Shown one piece after another: positions 47,036 through 56,312 of a stretch of 64,000 nt of DNA. The position numbers were made by a program, and so were the translations under genes. The notes under the pieces are model-generated. The model saw nothing but the letters and a program-made list of their open reading frames with translations. It was not told the DNA's origin and made no database searches. The DNA is taken from assembly GCA_947451105.1 (NCBI GenBank), contig CANFXY010000002.1, positions 1,845 through 65,844 of the forward strand, written 5' to 3'. The stretch comes from Bacteroidota bacterium (GTDB lineage: Bacteria > Bacteroidota > Bacteroidia > NS11-12g > UBA955). Position 1 is the first letter of the stretch. Every line of letters starts with the position of its first letter.

Positions 47036-49786
47036 ATGAGAAAGTCTATTGTATTTCTAATTAGTTTAATCTTTATAGCTGGGTCATGCTCCCTGCTTAA
47101 AAAGCATCATAATTTTGATGAAAAAGCATACGAAAAAGCCCAATTAGATGCCTATTATCTGAGACTTCTTGCCGATCCTAAAACCGGCAAAATACCTGAA
47201 AATATTAGACAAAATGAATTGGCGTTTGCTAGCATTTTGCCTAAATATTCAAATAATAAACGTTCAGGAGATATTTGGAAGTCAAGAGGTCCAAATAACC
47301 AAGGTGGAAGAACAAGAGCAATCGCCTTAGATGTAAATAATTCAAATACCATCCTTGCAGGATCTGCTACAGGTGGTATATATAAATCTACGGATGCAGG
47401 TCAAACATGGACAAAAGCCAAATGTCCAGCAAACGCAATCACTTGCATTGTGCAAGATACCAGAGACGGAAAAACCAATATTTGGTATGCAGGCACTGGC
47501 GAATTATCAGGCAGCAGTGGCACAGCAACAGGTGCATATTACTATGGACAAGGGATTTTTAAAAGCACCGACGGGGGGAATACATGGGCGGTAATTCCGT
47601 TTACCAATGGTGGAAGCACCACCACATTTGATTCTGATTTTGATGGAGTTTGGAACATTGCTATTGATTTTTCTAATACCACACAAGACGAAATTTATGC
47701 CGCTACTTATGGTGGAATTTATAAAACAATTGATGGAGGTTTAAATTGGAAAAAGAAGCGATCAGGCTCCTTGCCTAACTACTCTTACAATACCGATGTA
47801 GCTGTAGATAAACAAGGCGTTGTTTATGCAACAATGAGCAGCGAAAGTACACAAAAAGGTGTTTGGCGAAGCGTAGATGGTGAAACATGGATAAGCATTA
47901 CACCAATTGGATTTCCAAGCGTCTATGGTAGAATGTGTATTGGAATTGCACCATCAGACCAAAATCAAGTCTATATTGTAGCAAGTAGTACCACAAATTA
48001 TGGCTTTGTTAGCACCAATTTTCAAGGCACCAAAGAATGGAATAGTTTATGGAAATATGATTACATGTCTGGCAATGGATCAGGTGCAGGTGGACGTTGG
48101 GTAAATAGAAGTTCAAATATGCCCGATGCGGGTGGCGACTTTGGTTATTTTAGTACACAAGGTGGATATGATTTATACATTAAAGTAAAACCTAACGATA
48201 CCAACGTGGTGTTTATTGGAGCAACTAATTTATGGCGCAGTGATGATGCTTTTCGAAGCAATAAAAAAATAAATTGGATTGGGGGTTATGCCGTTAATAC
48301 CAATAGACCAGATTTTAAGCTATATCCAAACCATCACCCAGATAACCATCAATTAATTTTCTACCCTAACAATTCTAACATAGCATTAAGTTCTCACGAT
48401 GGTGGCATAAGCTATACGGAAAATATTATGGGAAGCAATGTTACCTGGGAATCAAAAAATAACAATTACATTTCCTCTCAATTTTATACAATTGCTATTG
48501 ATCATTCCTCAGCATCTAACAATAAAATCATGGGTGGACTTCAAGACAATGGTACCCAATTTGCTGATGTATATGGACTGGCATCATGGCAAATGAGTTT
48601 TAATGGTGATGGCTCATATTGCTCATTTCTTGATGGTACAAATGAAATTATCGGAAGTGCACAACAAGGCCGAATTGCCCATTTAGAATTGGATAAAATT
48701 GGTCAACCGATTAAATATGCACGCATAGATCCCAAACAATTAAACCGCGATAATTACGATTTTATTAATCCGTTTGTTTTAGACCCAAATGACCAAAAAA
48801 TCATGTATTTGCCGGCTAAAAATAAAATATTTAGAAATTTAAATATTTTATCCAAACCATTAAGTACAAATTTTGATAGTACCCGTTGGGATACCCCACT
48901 TTGGGAAGAATTAAGCAATTGTAAACCTTTAACAGGTCAAGAGTTTTCAGCCATTTCGATTTCTAAAATCAATAAAAATACTCTTTACTATGCTACAGAC
49001 AAAGGACGTTTGTACAAATTAAATAATGCAAATTTAGGACAACCCATTCCTATAGAAATTACTGGCTCTAATTTCCCAAGTGGAAATATTAACTGTATCG
49101 CTCTTGATCCAAGTGATAGCAATAAAATTACTGTAGTTTTTTCTAATTATAACATAATAAGTGTTTTGACAAGTGATAATGCTGGTGTTTCATGGACCAA
49201 TATCTCCGGAAATTTAGAAGAAAATACAAATGGTTCTGGTTCAGGCCCAAGTTGCCGATGGGCTGCTGTGCTAAATCTTGAGAATGGAAGAAAATGTTGG
49301 TTTATTGCCACAAGTGTAGGATTATATGCAACAGATACCTTAAATGGAATTCAAACAAGATGGATTCAGCAATCCCCAAATGGGATTGGAAATAATATCG
49401 TAACGATGCTTGATACTAGAGAATTGGATAATTTTATTGCTGTCGCTACGCATGGAAATGGAGCCTACAGTGCTAATATTTCTAATCCTTGGCAAATTAC
49501 AAATATCCAAAAAAGTGTAATAAACCCAGAATCAGTAATCGTTTATCCCAATCCCCTGCCGTTGAAAGAAGCTTTAACTGTCGTTTTAAAAGTTAAACTT
49601 TCGCAAGTTCCTAATATTAGCATCACTGATATTTTAGGAAATTTAATTTCTGAAGAATTTTATACCATTAATTCGATTGATCCTGAAAACATTAAAATTC
49701 TTTTCAATAATTTAAGTTCAGGTGTATACTTTGTTAATTTTGAGGTGAATGGTGAATCATTTAGCCAAAAAATAATACGTCAGTAA
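47036..49786 (+). CDS. secreted BNR/Asp-box repeat (sortilin/Vps10- or glycosidase-like beta-propeller) protein with T9SS C-terminal sorting domain
   Basis: Asp-boxes STDAGQTW, STDGGNTW, TIDGGLNW, SDNAGVSW; C-terminus VIVYPNPLP...GVYFVNFEVNGESFSQKII is typical of a T9SS CTD; N-terminus MRKSIVFLISLIFIAGSC. Confidence 0.7.
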   Translation: MRKSIVFLISLIFIAGSCSLLKKHHNFDEKAYEKAQLDAYYLRLLADPKTGKIPENIRQNELAFASILPKYSNNKRSGDIWKSRGPNNQGGRTRAIALDVNNSNTILAGSATGGIYKSTDAGQTWTKAKCPANAITCIVQDTRDGKTNIWYAGTGELSGSSGTATGAYYYGQGIFKSTDGGNTWAVIPFTNGGSTTTFDSDFDGVWNIAIDFSNTTQDEIYAATYGGIYKTIDGGLNWKKKRSGSLPNYSYNTDVAVDKQGVVYATMSSESTQKGVWRSVDGETWISITPIGFPSVYGRMCIGIAPSDQNQVYIVASSTTNYGFVSTNFQGTKEWNSLWKYDYMSGNGSGAGGRWVNRSSNMPDAGGDFGYFSTQGGYDLYIKVKPNDTNVVFIGATNLWRSDDAFRSNKKINWIGGYAVNTNRPDFKLYPNHHPDNHQLIFYPNNSNIALSSHDGGISYTENIMGSNVTWESKNNNYISSQFYTIAIDHSSASNNKIMGGLQDNGTQFADVYGLASWQMSFNGDGSYCSFLDGTNEIIGSAQQGRIAHLELDKIGQPIKYARIDPKQLNRDNYDFINPFVLDPNDQKIMYLPAKNKIFRNLNILSKPLSTNFDSTRWDTPLWEELSNCKPLTGQEFSAISISKINKNTLYYATDKGRLYKLNNANLGQPIPIEITGSNFPSGNINCIALDPSDSNKITVVFSNYNIISVLTSDNAGVSWTNISGNLEENTNGSGSGPSCRWAAVLNLENGRKCWFIATSVGLYATDTLNGIQTRWIQQSPNGIGNNIVTMLDTRELDNFIAVATHGNGAYSANISNPWQITNIQKSVINPESVIVYPNPLPLKEALTVVLKVKLSQVPNISITDILGNLISEEFYTINSIDPENIKILFNNLSSGVYFVNFEVNGESFSQKIIRQ

Positions 49787-49847
49787 TTATAAATAAAGAT
49801 TATATCTGATTATTAATTTAATTCGCTAATTCCGAATTAGATTGTCT

Positions 49848-49855
49848 TATTTTTG
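49848..49855 (+). promoter_or_regulatory. candidate -7 box (TAnnTTTG)
   Basis: TATTTTTG followed by CAG; the TTG start in the ORF track is part of the box, so the ATG at 49865 is preferred. Confidence 0.5.
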
Positions 49856-49864
49856 CAGGAAGTA

Positions 49865-51610
49865 ATGAGTATCCTTTTTAAATATCTAAAAAGACAATGG
49901 CCTACCCTTCTTTTAGCTCTATTATTAGCAGCTATCAACCAGTCTTTCTCTTTATTAGACCCTCAAATTACAGGTAGAATTGTTGATGAAATCATCAATA
50001 AACACAGCGAATTAACTAAAGAGCAGTTCATTTCTCATGCACTTTACCTAGTTGGCTTATCTATTGGTGTAACCATGGTATCACGAATTGCAAAAAACTT
50101 CCAAGATTATTACACCAATGTCATTGTCCTTAAAATGGGCGCTCAAATATTTTCTGACGGACTTAAGCATTCCCTTGAGTTACCATATCAAGTCTTCGAA
50201 GACCAAAGAAGCGGTGAAACACTTTCAATACTAGAAAAAGTAAGAACAGACTCTGAAAAACTAATAACCTCTTTTATAGGAATACTATTCACTTCAATAG
50301 TAGGGATGATTTTTGTAATGATATTTACAATTAGCGTTAGTTTTAAAGTTGCAATAGTTTATTTGGGGGCTATAATTATAATAGGATTAATAAGTTCTTT
50401 ATTAAGCAAAAAAATAAAAGTAATGCAAAAGGCTATTGTTGGTGAAACAACCTCCCTAGCTGGAAGCACAACTGAAAGCCTTAGAAACATTGAGTTGGTT
50501 AAAAGTTTAGGGTTGGCAAATCAAGAAATTGCTAGATTAAACAACACAACATTTAAAATCTTAGGTTTAGAACTAAAAAAAGTAAAATACATACGAAGTT
50601 TAAACTTCTTACAAGGAACTACTGTTCAGTTTACTAGAAGTATCATGATCGTGGTTCTTCTTTATTTAATATTCAACCATACCTTATCTGCTGGTCAATA
50701 TTTCACATTCTTATTTTATTCATTCTTCCTTTTCAACCCTTTACAAGAACTTGGAAATATAATTTTAATACACCGCGAAGCAGAAGTTTCATTGGATAAT
50801 TTCAAAAAATTAATCGACACGCCAATTGACTATAAGCCCGCAAAACCAAGGGTATTAAAGGGTCTTGAAGATTTTGAATTCAGAAACGTTTCTTTTCAAC
50901 ATTTGAGTGCACGAACTCCCGCATTAACAGATGTCAGTTTCAAAGTTCACAAAGGGGAAACTATAGCATTCGTAGGGCCGTCTGGATCTGGAAAGACAAC
51001 TTTAGTAAAATTATTGGTTGGATTGTACCAAGCCCAAACTGGCAATATTTTATACGAAGGCATTGATGCAAAGGAAATAGACTTAGATGAATTGCGAGAG
51101 AGAATCGGTTTTGTTACCCAAGACACACAATTATTTTCAGGATCAATCAAAGAAAATCTATTATTTGTTGCCCCAAATGCAAGCGATGAAGAGATAATGA
51201 GATCTCTTGACAGAGCTAGTTGCCAGAATCTACTAAAAAGAGCTGACAATGGAATTGACACTGTCATTGGTGAAGGTGGTGTAAAAGTTAGTGGAGGCGA
51301 AAAACAAAGATTATCAATCGCTAGAGCTTTGTTAAGGAATCCAGGATTATTGGTTTTTGATGAAGCAACTTCTGCATTAGATAGTTTGACCGAAGATGAA
51401 ATAACTCAGACCATCAAACAAATCAATGAAGACCATTCTGCAATAACTATTTTAATTGCCCATAGATTAAGTACAATTATGCATGCTAACAGAATTTATG
51501 TCCTTGAACAAGGTAAGATTATAGAGCATGGTAAACACGATGAATTATTGGCTGAGAAAGGTTTATACTATGCAATGTGGCGTCAGCAAATTGGCGAAAG
51601 AAAATCCTAG
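49865..51610 (+). CDS. ABC exporter, fused permease/ATPase (MsbA-like)
   Basis: Six-TM N-terminal domain; Walker A GPSGSGKTT; signature VSGGEKQRLSIARA; Walker B LLVFDEATSALD. Confidence 0.85.
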   Translation: MSILFKYLKRQWPTLLLALLLAAINQSFSLLDPQITGRIVDEIINKHSELTKEQFISHALYLVGLSIGVTMVSRIAKNFQDYYTNVIVLKMGAQIFSDGLKHSLELPYQVFEDQRSGETLSILEKVRTDSEKLITSFIGILFTSIVGMIFVMIFTISVSFKVAIVYLGAIIIIGLISSLLSKKIKVMQKAIVGETTSLAGSTTESLRNIELVKSLGLANQEIARLNNTTFKILGLELKKVKYIRSLNFLQGTTVQFTRSIMIVVLLYLIFNHTLSAGQYFTFLFYSFFLFNPLQELGNIILIHREAEVSLDNFKKLIDTPIDYKPAKPRVLKGLEDFEFRNVSFQHLSARTPALTDVSFKVHKGETIAFVGPSGSGKTTLVKLLVGLYQAQTGNILYEGIDAKEIDLDELRERIGFVTQDTQLFSGSIKENLLFVAPNASDEEIMRSLDRASCQNLLKRADNGIDTVIGEGGVKVSGGEKQRLSIARALLRNPGLLVFDEATSALDSLTEDEITQTIKQINEDHSAITILIAHRLSTIMHANRIYVLEQGKIIEHGKHDELLAEKGLYYAMWRQQIGERKS

Positions 51611-51669
51611 ACTTCTATTATTTCATTGAAAAATATTTTCAATTATCACACTTATTAGAAATAATAAAA

Positions 51670-51677
51670 TAGATTTG
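51670..51677 (+). promoter_or_regulatory. candidate -7 box (TAnnTTTG)
   Basis: TAGATTTG, 5 nt before the ATG at 51683. Confidence 0.45.
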
Positions 51678-51682
51678 TATAT

Positions 51683-53821
51683 ATGAAACTTCAATATACT
51701 ATTGCAGCAATATCTATTTTAGCCTCAAGTCTTGCATTTATGCAGCCTGATAAAACCAAAAATAAAATTATGACCTACCCTCAAACGGAAATAATCCCTG
51801 TAAATGATACCTTTTTTGGTACTGAAATCGTTGATCCATATAGATGGTTAGAAGATGATCTTGATCCTAAAACTAAAAACTGGATTTTCAGACAAAATGA
51901 AAATACGTATAACTATTTATCTCAAATTCCTTACCGTGAAAAAATCAAGAAGAATCTAGAGAATATTTGGAACTACGAACGTTTTTCTGCTCCATTTAAT
52001 GAAGGTCAATACACCTACTTCTATAAAAATAATGGCCTACAAAATCAAAGTATTCTATACAGACAAAAACAAAATGCAGAAGCATCGGTTTTCTTAGATC
52101 CAAATACCTTTTCTAAAGATGGAACAAGTTCACTTTCAGATGTTAGTTTTACCAAAGATGGCAAAATTCTTGCCATTCAAATAAGTGAAGGTGGAAGCGA
52201 TTGGAGAAAAGTAATTGTAATGAATGCTGAAACCAAAGAAACCATTGGAGATACGCTAATTGATGTCAAATTTAGTGGTATTTCATGGAAAGGAAATGAA
52301 GGTTTCTATTACAGCAGTTACGATAAACCCATTAAAGGAAGTGAATTATCTGCTATGACCAATCAGCACAAACTATTCTACCACAAATTAGGAAGTAAAC
52401 AATCTGAAGATAAACTAATATTTGGAGGTAGTGAAACTCCCCGAAGATATATTGGAGGATATGTAACTGAGGACGAACGTTTTCTAATAATCTCTGCCGC
52501 TACATCAACTAATGGAAATGAATTATACCTAAAAGATCTAAGTGAAATAGAAAACAAAATACTCCCCTTGGTTTCACACTTCAACAACAACAATGATGTG
52601 GTTCATTCAGAAGGGAATACTTTATATATCCTAACTGATATGGGCGCCCCTAATTTGCGCTTGGTAAAAACTGAATACCTAAAAGACAAAGGTTTTTCTG
52701 AATGGTCAGATGTTATTCCTGAAACTAAAATGCCACTTAGTATAAGTACAGGAGGCGGTAAATTTTTTGCTTCCTATATGAAAGATGCTTGTTCTCAATT
52801 GTTACAATACAACATAAACGGTACCCTTGAAAGAGAAATCACACTACCTGGGAAAGGCACTGCAGGTGGATTAAGTGGGAAATGGGAAGAAAATCAACTT
52901 TATTATACGTTCACAAGTTACATCTACCCACCTACCATTTTCTCTTATAATGTAAACGATGGAAGTTCAAACTTATTTAAAAAGGCCGGTGTCAAATTCG
53001 ATCCAAGTCAATATGAATCAATTCAAGTTTTTTACGAAAATGAATTAGATAAAACAAAGATTCCTATGATGATAACATACAAAAAAGGCATCAAAATGAA
53101 TGGCCAGAATCCAACTATGTTATACGGGTATGGTGGATTTAATGTGAGTCTAACCCCCTCTTTTAGCACAGCAATGCTTGCATGGCTAGATGCAGGAGGT
53201 ATCTATGCTGTGCCGAATATTAGAGGTGGTGGTGAATATGGAAAAGATTGGCATGATGCAGGGATACAAATGAAAAAACAAAATGTGTTCAATGACTTTA
53301 TTGCTGCAGCAAACTATCTAATAAATAAAAAATACACCAGTTCTTCTTACTTATGTATTTCAGGTGGTTCGAATGGTGGATTATTAATAGGTGCCTGCAT
53401 GACCCAAAGACCTGATCTATTTAGAGTTGCTTTGCCAGCTGTTGGTGTTTTAGACATGCTGCGTTATCATAAATTTACTGCAGGAGCTGGTTGGGCATAC
53501 GACTATGGTACTGCTGATGATTCAAAAGAAATGTTCCAGTATTTATTAAAATATTCGCCTTATCACAACTTGAGTAAAGGCAAGAATTATCCGGCAACAA
53601 TGGTTACTACAGGCGATCATGATGACCGTGTTGTGCCTGCGCATTCGTTCAAATTCGCGGCAAAATTACAATCTGTAAATGATGGGCCTAATCCTACACT
53701 AATTCGAATTGAAACAAATGCCGGTCATGGTGCTGGTAAGCCAACCAATATGATCATTGCAGAGTATGCAGATAGATTTGCATTCGCTCTATGGAATATG
53801 GGTATTACCGAGTTAAAATAA
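51683..53821 (+). CDS. prolyl oligopeptidase (S9A)
   Basis: DPYRWLED N-terminal motif; nucleophile elbow GGSNGGLL; DHDDRV and GHG near the C-terminus; signal peptide. Confidence 0.9.
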   Translation: MKLQYTIAAISILASSLAFMQPDKTKNKIMTYPQTEIIPVNDTFFGTEIVDPYRWLEDDLDPKTKNWIFRQNENTYNYLSQIPYREKIKKNLENIWNYERFSAPFNEGQYTYFYKNNGLQNQSILYRQKQNAEASVFLDPNTFSKDGTSSLSDVSFTKDGKILAIQISEGGSDWRKVIVMNAETKETIGDTLIDVKFSGISWKGNEGFYYSSYDKPIKGSELSAMTNQHKLFYHKLGSKQSEDKLIFGGSETPRRYIGGYVTEDERFLIISAATSTNGNELYLKDLSEIENKILPLVSHFNNNNDVVHSEGNTLYILTDMGAPNLRLVKTEYLKDKGFSEWSDVIPETKMPLSISTGGGKFFASYMKDACSQLLQYNINGTLEREITLPGKGTAGGLSGKWEENQLYYTFTSYIYPPTIFSYNVNDGSSNLFKKAGVKFDPSQYESIQVFYENELDKTKIPMMITYKKGIKMNGQNPTMLYGYGGFNVSLTPSFSTAMLAWLDAGGIYAVPNIRGGGEYGKDWHDAGIQMKKQNVFNDFIAAANYLINKKYTSSSYLCISGGSNGGLLIGACMTQRPDLFRVALPAVGVLDMLRYHKFTAGAGWAYDYGTADDSKEMFQYLLKYSPYHNLSKGKNYPATMVTTGDHDDRVVPAHSFKFAAKLQSVNDGPNPTLIRIETNAGHGAGKPTNMIIAEYADRFAFALWNMGITELK

Positions 53822-53824
53822 AAT

Positions 53825-53861
53825 AAAAAATGCTGAGTAAATAAATACTCAGCATTTTTTT
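53825..53861. terminator. bidirectional rho-independent terminator between convergent genes
   Basis: TGCTGAGTA-aataaa-TACTCAGCA flanked by an A-run (left) and a run of 7 T (right); sits between the prolyl oligopeptidase and proS stop codons. Confidence 0.8.
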
Positions 53862-53862
53862 A

Positions 53863-55335
53863 TTAATACGCCTTTGCAAACAAGACTCGTTGTTTCGAAG
53901 GATTTCCTGTTAGTACACATTTACCTTCTTCTTCAATATTATCTAAAGGTATACACCTGATTGTAGCCTTTGTAAGCTCTTTGATTTTCTCTTCTGTTTC
54001 TCCAGTCCCATCCCAATGTGCTGAAATAAACCCGCCTTTGGTTTCTAATACTTCTTTGAACTCATCCCAAGAATTTACAGTGTGAATGCTTTGGTCTCTA
54101 AACAATTTAGCGCGTTCATATATTGCACTTTGTATTTCGTTTAGTAGATTTTTTATATGCAAATCTATTCCGTCTATACTGGTCACCGATTTCTCCTTTG
54201 TATCTCTTCTAGCTAACTCTACAGTACCATTTTCTATGTCTCTCGGTCCAATTGCAATACGCACTGGAACGCCTTTTAATTCCCATTCTGCAAATTTATA
54301 CCCTGGCTTATAGGTATCTCTATTATCAAACTTAACGGATAAGTCTAGATCCTCTAATTTAAGTTTAATTTGTTCAGCTGCTGCTTCAACTTTTTGGCGT
54401 TCTTCATCGCTTCTGTAAATTGGAACTATCACCACTTGAATGGGTGCTAAACTAGGCGGCAATACCAATCCTTCATCATCGCTATGGGCCATAATCAACG
54501 CGCCAATTAATCTTGTTGAAACACCCCAACTAGTTGCCCATACATGTTCTAATTTGCCTTCTTTGGATTGAAATTTAACATCAAATGCTTTGGCAAAATT
54601 TTGTCCCAAAAAATGCGAAGTTCCCATTTGCAAGGCTTTTCCATCTTGCATCAAACCTTCTATACAATAGGTTTCTACTGCGCCAGCAAAACGTTCATTT
54701 TCTGTTTTCACACCACGAATAACAGGAACAGCTAAAAACTTTTCAGCGAATTCAGCATACACATCTAACATTTGCTTGGTCTCAGCAATTGCCTCATCAG
54801 AAGTTGAGTGTGCTGTATGTCCTTCTTGCCATAAAAATTCTGAAGTGCGTAAAAACAATCTGGTACGCATCTCCCAACGCATAACATTTGCCCATTGATT
54901 AATTAAGATTGGCAAATCTCTATAACTTTGAATCCAACCTTTATAGGTATTCCAAATAATTGCCTCACTAGTAGGTCGGATTATCAATTCTTCCTCCAAC
55001 TTAGCATCTTCATCTACTACTATTTTTCTGTTTTCATCTACTTTCAGTCTATAGTGTGTAACAACGGCACATTCTTTTGCAAAACCTTCAGCATTTTTTT
55101 CTTCCTTTTCAAAAAACGACTTAGGAATCAATAAAGGAAAATATGCATTTACGTGCCCTGTCTTCTTGAACATTTTGTCCAATTGAGCTTGCATTTTTTC
55201 CCATATTGCATATCCATAAGGTTTAATTACCATACAGCCCTTAACATCTGCATGCTCTGCCATATCAGCGTTTTTAACAAGGTTGTTATACCATTCGCTG
55301 TAATTTTCACTTCTTTTTACTTTCTCAAATGCCAT
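53863..55335 (-). CDS. proS: prolyl-tRNA synthetase (archaeal/eukaryote-like type)
   Basis: 490 aa class II enzyme; N-terminus [10 protein letters not shown] and [16 protein letters not shown] are typical of this ProRS type; C-terminal zinc-domain-like tail. Confidence 0.9.
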   Translation of the reverse strand: MAFEKVKRSENYSEWYNNLVKNADMAEHADVKGCMVIKPYGYAIWEKMQAQLDKMFKKTGHVNAYFPLLIPKSFFEKEEKNAEGFAKECAVVTHYRLKVDENRKIVVDEDAKLEEELIIRPTSEAIIWNTYKGWIQSYRDLPILINQWANVMRWEMRTRLFLRTSEFLWQEGHTAHSTSDEAIAETKQMLDVYAEFAEKFLAVPVIRGVKTENERFAGAVETYCIEGLMQDGKALQMGTSHFLGQNFAKAFDVKFQSKEGKLEHVWATSWGVSTRLIGALIMAHSDDEGLVLPPSLAPIQVVIVPIYRSDEERQKVEAAAEQIKLKLEDLDLSVKFDNRDTYKPGYKFAEWELKGVPVRIAIGPRDIENGTVELARRDTKEKSVTSIDGIDLHIKNLLNEIQSAIYERAKLFRDQSIHTVNSWDEFKEVLETKGGFISAHWDGTGETEEKIKELTKATIRCIPLDNIEEEGKCVLTGNPSKQRVLFAKAY

Positions 55336-55358
55336 ATTTTAAATTGGAATGTTTTTTG

Positions 55359-55366
55359 TATCTTTG
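55359..55366 (+). promoter_or_regulatory. candidate -7 box (TAnnTTTG)
   Basis: TATCTTTG; drives the Tyr/Asn-rich lipoprotein gene (ATG at 55420). Confidence 0.4.
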
Positions 55367-55372
55367 ATACTG

Positions 55373-55380
55373 CAAAGGTA
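55373..55380 (-). promoter_or_regulatory. candidate -7 box (TAnnTTTG on minus strand)
   Basis: CAAAGGTA equals TACCTTTG; 37 nt before the proS ATG; interlocked with the plus-strand box 6 bp away. Confidence 0.4.
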
Positions 55381-55419
55381 TTCACTTAAGACCAAATGCA
55401 CCTAAAAAAATACAGCCAT

Positions 55420-56298
55420 ATGAAACAAATCATTTTTGCATCGGTTTCAATTCTGATTTTTAGTTCTTGTACTATACAAAAACAAGCTTCAAACGCAGTA
55501 GGCAGAAACGACGAAGTCTATTTCACACCTAACGATACCAGAAAAAAAACGGAGGATGTAAGTTCCTCCACTAGCCAAAATAATAACCAAAACATCAATC
55601 AGAATAGCAATGCTGGAAACTATACAAACAGCTATTCTAATAGATTTCGAAATTTTGGAAGTTCAAGAAGATTTAGTTACAACAATTATCAACCTTGTTT
55701 GGTACCTAGTTTATCGTATAATAATTACACAGGTTATAGTATGGGGCTAAGTTATGTTGACACCAGATTTGGATACTCTAGTGGATTCAATAGCCCATTT
55801 TCAATGTATTACGGCTATAATATGCCATACTACAATCCCTTTTACTCTTATGGATGGGGCAATTCTTGGATGAATGGATATTATCCATATTACACCTTCA
55901 ATCCATATTTCTATAATCCATGTTCCTACTACTATGGTTTTGGATACGGATATTACAACCCATATTACCGAAACTATTACTACAACAATTATTATAACAA
56001 CAATAATTATTACAGAAACCCAAGTAATCCCAATTACGCCAGAAGAACTGGTAGCACCAATAATCAACCAACTAGCACAACCAGAACTTCACAGCCACAA
56101 AATTCATCTACCTCTGGAAACAACAACAGTAACAGTGGAAACACCTGGTACAATGGTGGAAATTCAGATAGAGGGAGCTCAAATGGTAGCAGTGGATCAG
56201 GAAGTTCTTCAAGTAGTGGATCAAGCAGCAGCGGGTCTTCTGGAGGAAATAGCGACAGAGGGTCTTCTGGAAGTTCCGGCAGCACAAGAAGAAGATAA
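55420..56298 (+). CDS. low-complexity Tyr/Asn/Gly-rich lipoprotein with Ser/Gly-rich tail
   Basis: MKQIIFASVSILIFSSC lipobox; core such as YYNPYYRNYYYNNYYNNNNYYRNPSNPNY; the tail has GGNSDRGSS twice, encoded by different codons. Confidence 0.55.
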   Translation: MKQIIFASVSILIFSSCTIQKQASNAVGRNDEVYFTPNDTRKKTEDVSSSTSQNNNQNINQNSNAGNYTNSYSNRFRNFGSSRRFSYNNYQPCLVPSLSYNNYTGYSMGLSYVDTRFGYSSGFNSPFSMYYGYNMPYYNPFYSYGWGNSWMNGYYPYYTFNPYFYNPCSYYYGFGYGYYNPYYRNYYYNNYYNNNNYYRNPSNPNYARRTGSTNNQPTSTTRTSQPQNSSTSGNNNSNSGNTWYNGGNSDRGSSNGSSGSGSSSSSGSSSSGSSGGNSDRGSSGSSGSTRRR

Positions 56299-56312
56299 AC
56301 AAGACTTTAAAC

